A DNA stretch of 64,000 bases, taken from contig NZ_JACXAE010000061.1 of the NCBI RefSeq assembly GCF_014698965.1, forward strand, positions 8,580 to 72,579. The letters are read 5' to 3'. A program made the position numbers and the translations under genes. Origin of the DNA: Iningainema tapete BLCC-T55. GTDB taxonomy: Bacteria > Cyanobacteriota > Cyanobacteriia > Cyanobacteriales > Nostocaceae. Below are positions 1-9,291 of this stretch, in pieces; position 1 is the first letter of the stretch; each line of letters begins with the position of its first letter. Under the pieces are notes generated by a model. The model was given only the letters and a program-made list of their open reading frames with translations. It did not search any database and was not told where the DNA came from.

Positions 1-3
1 CAA

Positions 4-897
4 TTGCGTAACTTACCTCCCCTACCGATATTGCCAAAAGGTAATCAATCAAACATCATATTTCGTTTGAGTCGCCCTTACGAAACTTACATCAATGATA
101 TTCAGCAGTGCCTGGAATATATCCGCAAGGGTGAAAGTTACCAAGTTTGTTTAACGAATAAGCTTTATACAGATACTACTCCCGATCCTCTGGCATTTTA
201 CCGCACTTTACGCCAAATTAATCCAGCACCTTATTCAGCTTTTCTCAGATTTGAAGACTTTGCTGTTGCTTGTTCTTCGCCAGAACGGTTTTTGCAAATT
301 GATTCTTTTGGTTGGGTGGAGACTAAGCCGATTAAGGGTACTATAGCACGGGGGCAAACTGCTGAAGAAGATATTTTACTGCGCGATCGCCTGAAGTGGA
401 GTGAAAAAGATCGAGCTGAGAATGTGATGATTGTAGATTTGTTACGCAACGATCTTGGACGAGTTTGTCAGGTTGGTAGCATTCATGTTCCGAAATTGAT
501 GGATGTGGAAACTTATGCTACGGTGCATCAACTTGTAACTACGATTCGCGGTTGTTTGCTCCCAGGTATGGGTGCGGTTGACTGCATCCGCATGGCGTTT
601 CCTGGTGGTTCGATGACAGGTGCGCCGAAAATTAGAACGATGGAAATTATTGATTCGTTGGAGCTTGAGGCACGGGGAGTTTATTCGGGTGCGATTGGAT
701 TTTTGGCGCTTAATGGTGCGGCAGATTTGAATATTGTGATTCGTACTGCGGTATTTACGGATGATGAAACTTCTATGGGGGTGGGTGGTGGTATTGTTGC
801 TGATTCTCATCCGCAAGCTGAGTTTGAGGAGGCTATGTTGAAGGCTAAGGCTTTGATTCAGGCTTTTAAGTTTTGCTTATTTGATCGAGTGCTGTAA
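4..897 (+). CDS. Chorismate-binding enzyme, C-terminal portion (aminodeoxychorismate/anthranilate synthase component I); 5' end lies outside the window
   Basis: Carries the [10 protein letters not shown] and GAIG motifs of the TrpE/PabB chorismate-binding family. The ORF runs in from the window edge. Confidence 0.75.
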   Translation: MRNLPPLPILPKGNQSNIIFRLSRPYETYINDIQQCLEYIRKGESYQVCLTNKLYTDTTPDPLAFYRTLRQINPAPYSAFLRFEDFAVACSSPERFLQIDSFGWVETKPIKGTIARGQTAEEDILLRDRLKWSEKDRAENVMIVDLLRNDLGRVCQVGSIHVPKLMDVETYATVHQLVTTIRGCLLPGMGAVDCIRMAFPGGSMTGAPKIRTMEIIDSLELEARGVYSGAIGFLALNGAADLNIVIRTAVFTDDETSMGVGGGIVADSHPQAEFEEAMLKAKALIQAFKFCLFDRVL

Positions 898-958
898 CTG
901 CTTAATTAAATTCTGTGCTTTTTGATAGCCCTTTGTGTCACCCTGCGCTTGAAAGAAC

Positions 959-1429
959 TTAGCTGCTAGCTGTAAGTCCTGAATTGTTCCGGTTTCCTCT
1001 CCAATACCATAGCGAGCACTTCTCTCGATAAAAGTAAGCGTTAGCATAGCGGGGATTGAGTTGCAATGCCCTATCAAAGTCCAATACCGCGTTCAGAAAG
1101 TCTCCCAGTTCATGTAGAACAAGACCTCGACTATAGTAGGCGTTAGGATTGTAAGGATTGAGGACTATTGCCTGGTTAATGTCAGAAATCGCTCCCTTAT
1201 AGTCTTTTTGTTGAAATCTGTCACGCCCTCGCTTGAGAAAGTTAACTGAACTTTTCGGGTTACTTCTTATGTTGTAAGTACGAGTAGTTTGTGCACGAAC
1301 AGATGAGGTTAGTCCACTGGTAAGGAAAGACAAACCAAGAATTATAATTGCTATGCAACTTATGAGCTCAAAGGCGTAAGGATGCCGTTTTACTGGTTTA
1401 CAACTGTGTTCCATACCATGCCCCAGCAA
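959..1429 (-). CDS. TPR-repeat protein with N-terminal membrane anchor
   Basis: Tetratricopeptide-like repeats (AYYSRGLVLHELGDFLNAVLDFDRALQLNP...) follow a hydrophobic N-terminus. Confidence 0.5.
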   Translation of the reverse strand: MLGHGMEHSCKPVKRHPYAFELISCIAIIILGLSFLTSGLTSSVRAQTTRTYNIRSNPKSSVNFLKRGRDRFQQKDYKGAISDINQAIVLNPYNPNAYYSRGLVLHELGDFLNAVLDFDRALQLNPRYANAYFYREKCSLWYWRGNRNNSGLTASS

Positions 1430-1457
1430 TACACCAATAATTCTACCCTAGCACTTT

Positions 1458-3272
1458 TTAAACTAATAACATCAGGCGTAGGGGATCTAAATGAATATAC
1501 CAAGGAAATGGTTGGTCTTTTAGGGTAGCCCATTTTTCTTTGAATACTTCTGCTTGCAAATCGTAGTCAGTGGAATTATTGGATGGGTGATGTAGTTTTA
1601 AAAATAGTGTCATTCTGTGTGGTGTTTCACTTGCTCTGGCTAACCAGCAGGGAAAGGTATTTTCTTGGTTGGGGTTGTTGGTAAAGGTGATTTGATGGGC
1701 GCGAATTCCTACGTTTGATAAAGTCTCTGGGATGGGTTCAACGACTCGGAGGGTACAACCCCAGTCAATCGCTTCTACATGTTGGGGTGCGGCAACAACG
1801 GTGCGGGAGAAATTTTTGCATCCTGTTAATTGAGCAACGCTTTTGGTAGCGGGGCGTTCAAAGATGTCGTGTCTATTACCAGATTGAACCACTGTTCCTT
1901 GCTCCAACGCTAGCAGATCCGGACAAACTCGATAAGCCTCTTCCATATTATGAGTGACAAATAAAGTCATACCTTGGTAGGATGCTAAAGTTTCAATCAT
2001 CTGCTGTTCTAGTTGGCTGCGCAAGTAGGTATCTAAGGCGGAAAAGGGTTCATCTAAAAGTAGGGCTTGGGGAAGACTTGCTAAAGCCCTCGCCAGCGCC
2101 ACTCGTTGCTGTTGTCCCCCAGAGAGTTGGTGCGGGTAGCGATCGCTATATCCTTGTAATTGAACTGCAATCAGTTGAGCTTCTACAAGTTGCTTAATGG
2201 CGGGAGCAGAAAGTCCTTGTGGTAAGCCAAAGGCAATATTTTGTGTTACAGTTAGATGAGGAAACAAAGCGTAGTTTTGCACTACAAAGCCAATGTGGCG
2301 ATCGCGACTCTTAACGTTGATACCCTGTTGCGAATCAAACAACACCCTTCCATTCAAAATTATCCGACCACTGGTAGGTGTTTCTATGCCAGCAATGCAG
2401 CGTAAAATCATACTCTTACCAGCACCAGAACCCCCCAACAATCCCAAAGTTTGTTCTGCTGCTGCATGAAAAGACACTTTTAAATGAAAGTCTGGCAGTA
2501 TTTTTTCAAAATCTACAAATAATCCTTCTTGTGTAGGGTGTAGGGTGTGGGGAGTAGGGTAAGAAGTAATTTCTCCCCCTGCCTCCCCTGCTCCCCCTGC
2601 TCCCCCTGCCCTCTTCTCCCTAACTTCTTGCCAAAAGTTAACTGCAATAATTGCAGATAGGGAAATCATCATAATGACAATTGACCAAAACCATGCTTCA
2701 TTAATATCTCCAGCTTCTACCGCAAAGTAGATTGCCATCGGAATCGTCTGAGTTTGTCCGGGGATATTACCAGCTAACATCAAAGTGGCACCAAATTCAC
2801 CCAAGCCGCGAGCAAAAGCTAAAGTCGTTGCTGCTAAAATGCCTTGGTTAGCCAAGGGTAAACTGATGCGGCGAAAGATTGTTGCTTCATTTGCGCCCAA
2901 GGTTCTGGCTACCCGGAGTAAATTGCCATCAATTTGTTCAAAAGCTCCTAGTGCCGTTCTATACATGAGGGGAAAGGAAACGACAACAGCAGCGATCGCC
3001 GCGCCGTACCATGTAAAGACGACGCTAAAATTAAAAGGCTCCATCAATTTGCCGATAAAACCATTTTTACCAAATAGCAGCAGCAACAAAAAGCCAACAA
3101 CCGTTGGAGGCAAAATCAGAGGAGAGACAAAAAATCCTTCAATCAGTGATTTCCACTTGCCGCGATACCCCAACATCCAATAGGCAGCCGCAATACCCAG
3201 GAAGAAAGTAATAAATGTAGCAAGTAAAGCAGTGTTGAGCGATATCCAAAGGGGAGATAAATCTTCTGGCAT
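1458..3272 (-). CDS. modBC: Molybdate ABC transporter, fused permease (ModB) and ATPase (ModC) with a C-terminal TOBE domain
   Basis: The N-terminal half is a multi-TM ABC permease. The C-terminal half has Walker A (GGSGAGKS), the LSGGQ signature and the Walker B DEPFSALD. The two halves are joined by a Gly/Ala/Pro-rich linker encoded by tandem repeats. Confidence 0.85.
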   Translation of the reverse strand: MPEDLSPLWISLNTALLATFITFFLGIAAAYWMLGYRGKWKSLIEGFFVSPLILPPTVVGFLLLLLFGKNGFIGKLMEPFNFSVVFTWYGAAIAAVVVSFPLMYRTALGAFEQIDGNLLRVARTLGANEATIFRRISLPLANQGILAATTLAFARGLGEFGATLMLAGNIPGQTQTIPMAIYFAVEAGDINEAWFWSIVIMMISLSAIIAVNFWQEVREKRAGGAGGAGEAGGEITSYPTPHTLHPTQEGLFVDFEKILPDFHLKVSFHAAAEQTLGLLGGSGAGKSMILRCIAGIETPTSGRIILNGRVLFDSQQGINVKSRDRHIGFVVQNYALFPHLTVTQNIAFGLPQGLSAPAIKQLVEAQLIAVQLQGYSDRYPHQLSGGQQQRVALARALASLPQALLLDEPFSALDTYLRSQLEQQMIETLASYQGMTLFVTHNMEEAYRVCPDLLALEQGTVVQSGNRHDIFERPATKSVAQLTGCKNFSRTVVAAPQHVEAIDWGCTLRVVEPIPETLSNVGIRAHQITFTNNPNQENTFPCWLARASETPHRMTLFLKLHHPSNNSTDYDLQAEVFKEKWATLKDQPFPWYIHLDPLRLMLLV

Positions 3273-3293
3273 AGTTCATTAAAAAAAAACATC

Positions 3294-3322
3294 GTAGAGA
3301 CGTTCCGGCGGAACGTCTGTAC
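3294..3322. repeat. Palindromic SDR copy (GTAGAGACGTTCCGGCGGAACGTCTGTAC) between modA and modBC
   Basis: Direct read. Confidence 0.85.
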
Positions 3323-3352
3323 AGTCGTTAAGAGGAGCGCTAGCACATTAGC

Positions 3353-4144
3353 TTACGGCAAAATAAAACCATATTTTTGCAGTACGCCCTTAGCCGCATC
3401 GCCTTTCAAAAACTGGATAAAATCCTTAGCCCCGTCGAGGTTCTTAGTTCTTTTGACTACAGCATAAGGATAAGTAATGGGTGAGTGGTATTTCTCGTCA
3501 GCGACTACCACTACTTTGACATTGTTAGAGATTTTCGCATCAGTGGCGTAGACTAAACCAGCATCAGCGTTACCACTCTCCACTGCTGCTAAAACCTGGC
3601 GCACATTGTTAGCTAAAACAAACTTGGATTTAGCCTGTTGGTAGACGTTCAATTTTTTGAGAACCTGCTCAGCATATTGCCCTGCCGGAACACTTCTTGG
3701 TTCCCCAATGGCGATGCGCTTAACACCATCTTCTCTCAAGCTATAAAAGCTGCTGACACCAGTCCCATTCTTCGGCACAACCAAGACAAGACGGTTTTTA
3801 GCCAGTATGCCACGAGTACCTGGAACTATTTGTCCGGTTTGTTCCAATGTATCTACCTGTCTTTTAGCAGCAGAAATAAAAATGTCTGCTGGCGCACCTT
3901 GCTGGATCTGTTGTAACAAAGCACCAGAAGCGCCAAAATTATAGTTAATATTGACGTTCGGTTTGCTTTGAGTGTAAACCGTCTTAATTTCTTCCATCGC
4001 ATCCTTTAAACTGGCAGCGGCGGAGACAAGTAGGTTATTGTTTGATTGTGCTACTACAGGAGTGGAATTAAAAAACGGCGAGCAAATTACTAACATTAAG
4101 CTCACAAATGCTACACCCATGAAAGCCAGAAATTTTCTTCTCAT
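3353..4144 (-). CDS. modA: Molybdate-binding periplasmic protein ModA
   Basis: Signal peptide followed by a ModA-like periplasmic binding fold (SAAASLKDAMEE...FISAA...). It sits directly upstream of modBC on the same strand. Confidence 0.85.
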   Translation of the reverse strand: MRRKFLAFMGVAFVSLMLVICSPFFNSTPVVAQSNNNLLVSAAASLKDAMEEIKTVYTQSKPNVNINYNFGASGALLQQIQQGAPADIFISAAKRQVDTLEQTGQIVPGTRGILAKNRLVLVVPKNGTGVSSFYSLREDGVKRIAIGEPRSVPAGQYAEQVLKKLNVYQQAKSKFVLANNVRQVLAAVESGNADAGLVYATDAKISNNVKVVVVADEKYHSPITYPYAVVKRTKNLDGAKDFIQFLKGDAAKGVLQKYGFILP

Positions 4145-4218
4145 AGAGAAACTGCACAGAAAGGATTTTTTTACTTAAAATTGACGCTTAGTAGAATCGT
4201 ACCAGTATTAACAGTAAA

Positions 4219-4237
4219 TTACCAATTAGATTGGTAA
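4219..4237. promoter_or_regulatory. Perfect inverted repeat TTACCAAT-TAG-ATTGGTAA in the modA / RHH-Mop divergent intergenic region; candidate operator
   Basis: Read directly from the sequence: an 8-bp perfect palindrome with a 3-bp spacer, ending 5 nt before the RHH-Mop ATG. Confidence 0.4.
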
Positions 4238-4241
4238 AATT

Positions 4242-4682
4242 ATGCCAAGAAAAGAACAAGGATGGGTCACTTTTCAAACTTCTGAGGAAGAACGCAAAAT
4301 TTTAGAAGAATTTTGTCAGCACTCTCAGCGTACTAAAACCGAGATTTTGCGGGAACTAGTACGTTCTTTGAGCAAAGATACCTCCCCAGAGTCACAGCCA
4401 TTACCAACCAAGCCGAAAAGCAAGGAAAATGATTACACTTTTGATATAGAAACTAGTAGTCAACGCAAACCTCTAAAAGTTAGCTCCCGCAATGTTCTCA
4501 AAGGCATTGTTAAGAAAGTTAACAACGGACCTGTTAGTAGTGAAGTAACATTAAAGATTGTCCAAGAAGTAGAGTTAACTTCGATTATTACTAGAGTTTC
4601 TGCAGAAGATTTGGATCTTTGTGAAGGATCTGAAGCTTACGCAGTAATTAAATCTCACGATATAGTTATTGCTAAGGATTAA
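4242..4682 (+). CDS. Ribbon-helix-helix + Mop (molbindin/TOBE) domain protein; candidate molybdate-responsive regulator
   Basis: The N-terminus shows an RHH pattern (WVTFQTSEEERKILEEFCQHSQRTKTEILRELVRSL). The C-terminal ~65 aa match the Mop consensus (SSRNVLKGIVKKV...LTSIITRVSAEDLDLCEGSEAYAVIKSHDIVIA). The gene is divergent from modA. Confidence 0.7.
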   Translation: MPRKEQGWVTFQTSEEERKILEEFCQHSQRTKTEILRELVRSLSKDTSPESQPLPTKPKSKENDYTFDIETSSQRKPLKVSSRNVLKGIVKKVNNGPVSSEVTLKIVQEVELTSIITRVSAEDLDLCEGSEAYAVIKSHDIVIAKD

Positions 4683-4687
4683 TTTGA

Positions 4688-4718
4688 TGTAGAGACGTTC
4701 CGGCGGAACGTCTCTACA
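4688..4718. repeat. Palindromic SDR copy (TGTAGAGACGTTCCGGCGGAACGTCTCTACA) 6 nt after the RHH-Mop stop
   Basis: Direct read. Confidence 0.85.
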
Positions 4719-5101
4719 GGATATGGGGTTTAACGGTGGATGCGCGTTTTACCCCTCCGCCTGTTCCATGAATGTGCGATCGCTCACAGGCAATAAGAAA
4801 AGTGCCTCCACCAAAATAAGCACCGCAGTCTTTGAGAAAATCTCCATTGAGTCTGCTTAATATTTGCAGAACATGTCGATGCTGTTCCAACTCGAAATCC
4901 ATCACAATCCAGGAACCATAGCGCTGAGTGAGTTCTCTAACAAACGCTGCTTCTTGAGTACTCAATTCACCTGTTACGGTTTGCTCGTGTTTTAACAGGT
5001 GCGGTTGCTACTGGATAAAAGTAAGTTTTCTGAACTTGTCACTTTTGACACGATTGATAGTATTCTACAAGCAGCGCTCAAAAATCACTCGCTTACCAAA
5101 G

Positions 5102-6823
5102 ATGAAAGGTCTTAAAAAGAAGTATTGGCTATGTTCCCTTCTGTTAACAGGCAGTTTTTATCTATTCAAGCTGGGTGAGGCTCAAGCAGTTCCATCCATT
5201 TTAGTACCACCATCGCCCTTTAAGGGGTTAAATGGTCTAAATTTTGATGCAAATGGGCAACTGTATGTGGGCAGTGTACTTGAGCAAACAATATATCAAG
5301 TTGATACAGCAACGGGAGAATACAAAGTATTTATAAATAGTCCCGACGGTCAGGCTGATGATTTATTCTTAACGCCAAGTGGTCAGATTTTTTACACAGC
5401 TTTACTTAATGGTGAGGTCAGAACCTTCAACCCACAGACAGGTAATCTCACGACGATCGCTTCAGGCATAAATAGTGTCAATCCCATCACACAGAACCAA
5501 AGCGGTCGCATTTTTGTCGGTCAGAGTTTAAATTTACAAAACACAGGGCTTTTCGAGATTGACCCCACGGGATTGACGGACCCACGCTTGATTCTCAATC
5601 AACCTGGGTTGAATGCTTTTGATTTTGGTTCTGATGGACTTTTGTACAGTCCGCTTCAATTTACAGGAGAAATTGTCAAAATTAATGTTGATACTGGGGA
5701 TGTAGAACAAGTTGTCTCAGATTTAGTAACTCCAGCCGCCGTTAAGTTTAATTCTAAAGGCGAACTATTTGCATTGGATACCGTAACAGGTCAAGTTTTA
5801 AAGGTAAACACAACAACAGGTCAAAGTCAGCCAATCGCCCAATTGCAACCGGGATTGGACAATCTTGCCTTTGGTGCTAACGATTTATTGTATGCAACCA
5901 ACTTTGTTGATAGCAATATTCAGGAGGTAAATACAGAAACAGGGGTGTCCCGTGAAGTTCTTAGCAGTGGGGGACTAACTTCCCCTGGTGGAATCGCCAT
6001 CTACGATCGTGCTCTTTATGTTGCTGATACATTTTCTTATCGGTTTCTAGATCGAGAAACCGGAATCGTACAGCAAACCTTACGCATCTTTGCCACACCT
6101 GTTCAAATCCCTCAAACCGTTTCTGTAAATGACCAAAACGCGATTGTTGGCAGTTGGTTTTCAGGAGTTGTACAGCGACTGAATCGAGTTTCGGGAGATG
6201 TGCTAGATACCTACACGGGTTTTGGTGCGCCTTACGATGCCGTTGAGCTTTCTGACGGCAGTATTTTAGTTGCCGATTGTGGTAATGGTCAGCTTACTCA
6301 AATCTTGGATAAAGCTGGTAGCAACCGACGCACAGTAGCAAGTGGTTTATTATGCCCCACTGGTTTAGCACGTGTAGATGACTCCACCGTCTTAGTCACA
6401 GAGTTTTTGGGCAATCAACTTTCACGGATTGACCTAACAACCGGGGAGCGTCAAGTCGTTGCCACAAATTTATCTTCTCCAGAAGGCGTAGCTTACAGTC
6501 CTAATGGAATTGCAGTGGTTGCTGAAACTGGAACGCAAAGCGTTAGAGCCATTGATATCAATAGTGGAAAAAGTCTCACAATACTCTCGAATTTACCAAT
6601 TGGTCTTCCTGGCTTTTCGGGCGGACCTCCACCTTATAGTTTTACAGGGGTGGCGATTGCAGGCGATACTGTTTACATCAGTGGAGACATCGATAATTCC
6701 ATTCGTACAGTTAAACTTGACTCGAAAATTTTTGCCATCCCAGAAACCTCCAGTCCATTAAGTTTATTAGCCCTTGGTATCCTTGGTATCATCCGTTTGG
6801 CAAGAGTACAAAAACGGACATGA
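5102..6823 (+). CDS. Secreted beta-propeller (NHL/SMP-30-like repeat) protein with a PEP-CTERM-like C-terminal sorting signal
   Basis: Signal peptide (MKGLKKKYWLCSLLLTGSFYLFKLGEAQA). Repeated Gly/Asp-rich blade motifs. The C-terminus is IPETSSPLSLLALGILGIIRLARVQKRT, i.e. a PE(P)-like motif, a TM segment, then a basic tail. The ORF as computed starts at 5036, but the signal-peptide Met is at 5102. Confidence 0.6.
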   Translation: MKGLKKKYWLCSLLLTGSFYLFKLGEAQAVPSILVPPSPFKGLNGLNFDANGQLYVGSVLEQTIYQVDTATGEYKVFINSPDGQADDLFLTPSGQIFYTALLNGEVRTFNPQTGNLTTIASGINSVNPITQNQSGRIFVGQSLNLQNTGLFEIDPTGLTDPRLILNQPGLNAFDFGSDGLLYSPLQFTGEIVKINVDTGDVEQVVSDLVTPAAVKFNSKGELFALDTVTGQVLKVNTTTGQSQPIAQLQPGLDNLAFGANDLLYATNFVDSNIQEVNTETGVSREVLSSGGLTSPGGIAIYDRALYVADTFSYRFLDRETGIVQQTLRIFATPVQIPQTVSVNDQNAIVGSWFSGVVQRLNRVSGDVLDTYTGFGAPYDAVELSDGSILVADCGNGQLTQILDKAGSNRRTVASGLLCPTGLARVDDSTVLVTEFLGNQLSRIDLTTGERQVVATNLSSPEGVAYSPNGIAVVAETGTQSVRAIDINSGKSLTILSNLPIGLPGFSGGPPPYSFTGVAIAGDTVYISGDIDNSIRTVKLDSKIFAIPETSSPLSLLALGILGIIRLARVQKRT

Positions 6824-6935
6824 TCCCGAGTGCGATCGCCCTTGAGCTTTTGAGCGACTAGCTCGACTACAAAAATTGCTACTATTGTTTTCTACCTAGC
6901 TTAGTATTAAAGAATTGGTATGAGAAAGTCGAGAG

Positions 6936-7445
6936 ATGTTGCACAAACAATTTATTTATTGGTGGCAAAAATGGTTGCGTCTGATTGCTGTTAGAGTAGT
7001 GGTAACGATTTGTCTAACGGCAGGAGTGTTGGGTATCTGGGTTAGCAATACTCCTGTGAGTTATGCAACAGCACCAGATGCCACTGTATATCGCAGTCCT
7101 GAGTGTAGCTGTTGTGGCGGATGGATTAAGCATTTAAAGGCACAAGGTTTTCAAGTCAGAGACTTTCCGACATCTGACATTGAAGTAGTCAAACAAAAGT
7201 ACAACGTGCCAGATAACTTGACATCTTGTCACACCGCAGTTGTGAATGGATATGTGATTGAAGGACATGTACCAGCAGACGACATCAAACGTTTACTTCA
7301 AGACTCGCCAAATGTTGCTGGCTTATCTGTTCCCCAAATGCCTGTAGGTACTCCTGGGATGGAGATGGGTAATCGAAAAGATCCATTTACTGTGTTTTCT
7401 TTTAAACGCGGGGGTCTTGCGGTATTTAATGAGTATTCAAGTTGA
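6936..7445 (+). CDS. DUF411-family (CopG-like) metal-binding protein with an N-terminal TM/signal segment
   Basis: Has the CSCCGGW motif, a conserved His and a Met-rich C-terminus (PQMPVGTPGMEMG) typical of periplasmic Cu-binding DUF411 proteins. Confidence 0.5.
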   Translation: MLHKQFIYWWQKWLRLIAVRVVVTICLTAGVLGIWVSNTPVSYATAPDATVYRSPECSCCGGWIKHLKAQGFQVRDFPTSDIEVVKQKYNVPDNLTSCHTAVVNGYVIEGHVPADDIKRLLQDSPNVAGLSVPQMPVGTPGMEMGNRKDPFTVFSFKRGGLAVFNEYSS

Positions 7446-7542
7446 TTAAACAGACTTTAACTCTAACTTGACTAGTATTTAATATCTAGTTGATAGGTTG
7501 AGCTTGCACTACTAGGTTGGGCTAGTCAAGGGAGAGAAGCGT

Positions 7543-9135
7543 ATGCAGTGGTTCAATGTTGAGCGCTTGCTATCGAGTTCGATGCGACGGCGGCAATTTA
7601 TGATTGGTGCTGGATTCACAACTGGTTTAGCGATCGCAACTCAGTTCCCCAGAAGAGTTAACGCCCAGCCCAAGTTCTCTGCCTATCCATTTAGTTTGGG
7701 TGTTGCTTCCGGAGATCCACTACCAGATGGTGTAGTAATTTGGACGCGACTTGCCCCAGAGCCACTGATTTCTTCTGGCGGAATGCCACAACAGAATGTT
7801 CCAGTGCAGTGGCAAGTGGCGCGGGATGAAAAGATGCAGCAAGTTGTCCGCAGTGGCACGGCAATGGCTACTCCAGAGTTCGCTCACTCTGTTCATGTCG
7901 AGGTGCAGGGATTGCAGAGCGATCGCCACTATTGGTATCAATTTAGAGTCGGCAATGAAGTCAGCCAAATTGGGCGCACCCGTACTGCTCCTACCCCTGA
8001 TGCTCCTCTCAATCAGCTAAACTTTGCGTTTGTCACCTGCCAAAAGTGGGAAGATGGTTTCTACTCTGCTTATCGTAATCTAGCCCAAGAGGATCTAGAT
8101 TTGGTCTTCCATTTAGGTGATTATATTTACGAGTACGGCATCAATTCTACAGGTGTACGTAATGTATCTTTACCAGAACAGTTTCGGCAGGAGACAAAAA
8201 CCCTTGAGCAGTATCGTCTCCGCTACGCCCTGTACAAAACTGATCCAGATTTACAATTAGCTCATGCCATGTTCCCATTTGTGGTAACATGGGACGACCA
8301 CGAAGTAGAAAACGATTACACTGACGATATCTCAGAAAATAACGACCCAGTTGAAGAATTCTTGAAGCGAAGAGCGGCTGCTTATCAAGCTTACTACGAA
8401 CATCAGCCCCTGCGCCGATTCTCTATTCCACGAGGAGCGGATATGCTCCTTTATCGGCGGTTGACTTTTGGAAATTTAGCTCAGTTTAGCGTGCTTGATA
8501 CACGACAGTATCGCAGCGATCAACCATGCGGTGATGGTGAGACACCACGTTGCCCCGCAGCGCTAGATCCAGCCAAGACGATGACTGGTGACAGACAAGA
8601 ACGCTGGTTGCTTGAAGGTTTGGATCGTTCCCAGACACGTTGGAATATTTTAGCCCAGCAAGTGCTGATGGCAGAGTTAGATCATAAAGTGGGAGAGGGG
8701 GAAATCTTTTGGAACGATTCTTGGGACGGGTATCCTCTTGCACGCAACCGCATCCTCAGCTACATCGCAAACCGCAAAATCGCCAATCCAGTTGTCATCA
8801 CTGGTGACTGGCACTCTACATTTGTCAACGACCTTAAACTAGATTTTAAAGATTCCAACTCGCCTACTGTAGCAACCGAATTTCTGACTCCTTCACTTAC
8901 TACCAACGGGGACAGGATTGTTTACGGTCCTTACTACGGTCCATTTATACCAGAGAATCCACACATCAAGTTCTTTGATGGCGATCGCCGTGGCTACTTC
9001 CGAGTTAACCTCAACCACGAGCGCTGGCATACAGATTTGCGTTTTGTCACAACTGTAAGCCGTCCGGATGCACCTATATATACCTTCGCTTCATTCGTAG
9101 TCGAAAATGGTCGTCCTGGCGCTCAACAAATATAG
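7543..9135 (+). CDS. phoD: Tat-secreted alkaline phosphatase/phosphodiesterase, PhoD family
   Basis: Twin-arginine motif (RRRQFMIGAG). Has PhoD N-terminal and metallophosphatase motifs (FAFVTCQKWEDGFY, GDYIYEY, TWDDHEVEND). The true start may be the internal Met at 7582. Confidence 0.8.
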   Translation: MQWFNVERLLSSSMRRRQFMIGAGFTTGLAIATQFPRRVNAQPKFSAYPFSLGVASGDPLPDGVVIWTRLAPEPLISSGGMPQQNVPVQWQVARDEKMQQVVRSGTAMATPEFAHSVHVEVQGLQSDRHYWYQFRVGNEVSQIGRTRTAPTPDAPLNQLNFAFVTCQKWEDGFYSAYRNLAQEDLDLVFHLGDYIYEYGINSTGVRNVSLPEQFRQETKTLEQYRLRYALYKTDPDLQLAHAMFPFVVTWDDHEVENDYTDDISENNDPVEEFLKRRAAAYQAYYEHQPLRRFSIPRGADMLLYRRLTFGNLAQFSVLDTRQYRSDQPCGDGETPRCPAALDPAKTMTGDRQERWLLEGLDRSQTRWNILAQQVLMAELDHKVGEGEIFWNDSWDGYPLARNRILSYIANRKIANPVVITGDWHSTFVNDLKLDFKDSNSPTVATEFLTPSLTTNGDRIVYGPYYGPFIPENPHIKFFDGDRRGYFRVNLNHERWHTDLRFVTTVSRPDAPIYTFASFVVENGRPGAQQI

Positions 9136-9144
9136 TGCTAAGCG

Positions 9145-9205
9145 TTGACCGTTAACAGTTAACCGTTAACAGTCAACAGTCAACCGTTAACTGTCAACTG
9201 TTAAT
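9145..9205. repeat. STRR-like tandem heptamers (TTAACAG/TCAACAG variants)
   Basis: Direct read of gttaacagttaaccgttaacagtcaacagtcaaccgttaactgtcaactgttaa in the phoD 3' intergenic region. Confidence 0.8.
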
Positions 9206-9291
9206 TTTACAACTTGCACACTTTCCTGCTGTACGATCTGCTACTTACCTGGTAAGCTGTATTCTGTTGAATTTTTTCTGGAGAAACAACC

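Noticed and set aside
231-816. Minus-strand ORFs (72 and 124 aa) nested inside the chorismate-enzyme gene, and similar antisense or overlapping ORFs throughout the track (1982-2197, 2785-3183, 3638-3916, 7720-8020, 8486-8743, 17170-17460, 19019-19312, 20814-20996, 24339-24671, 25920-26102, 26562-27310, 36440-36716, 39386-39725, 40510-40728, 41085-41576, 48157-48908, 49627-49854, 52046-52576, 53059-53424, 58752-59285, 62065-62743, etc.)
   Set aside because: They lie entirely within, and antisense or out of frame to, well-supported conserved genes. They have no domain signal and odd composition (Arg/Ser/Cys-rich). They are most likely translation artefacts of the coding strand's complement.
4714-4965. 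An 83-aa minus-strand ORF between the RHH-Mop gene and the propeller gene
   Set aside because: No recognisable domain, a Gly-rich odd C-terminus, and overlap with the SDR palindrome. It could be real, but the support is insufficient.
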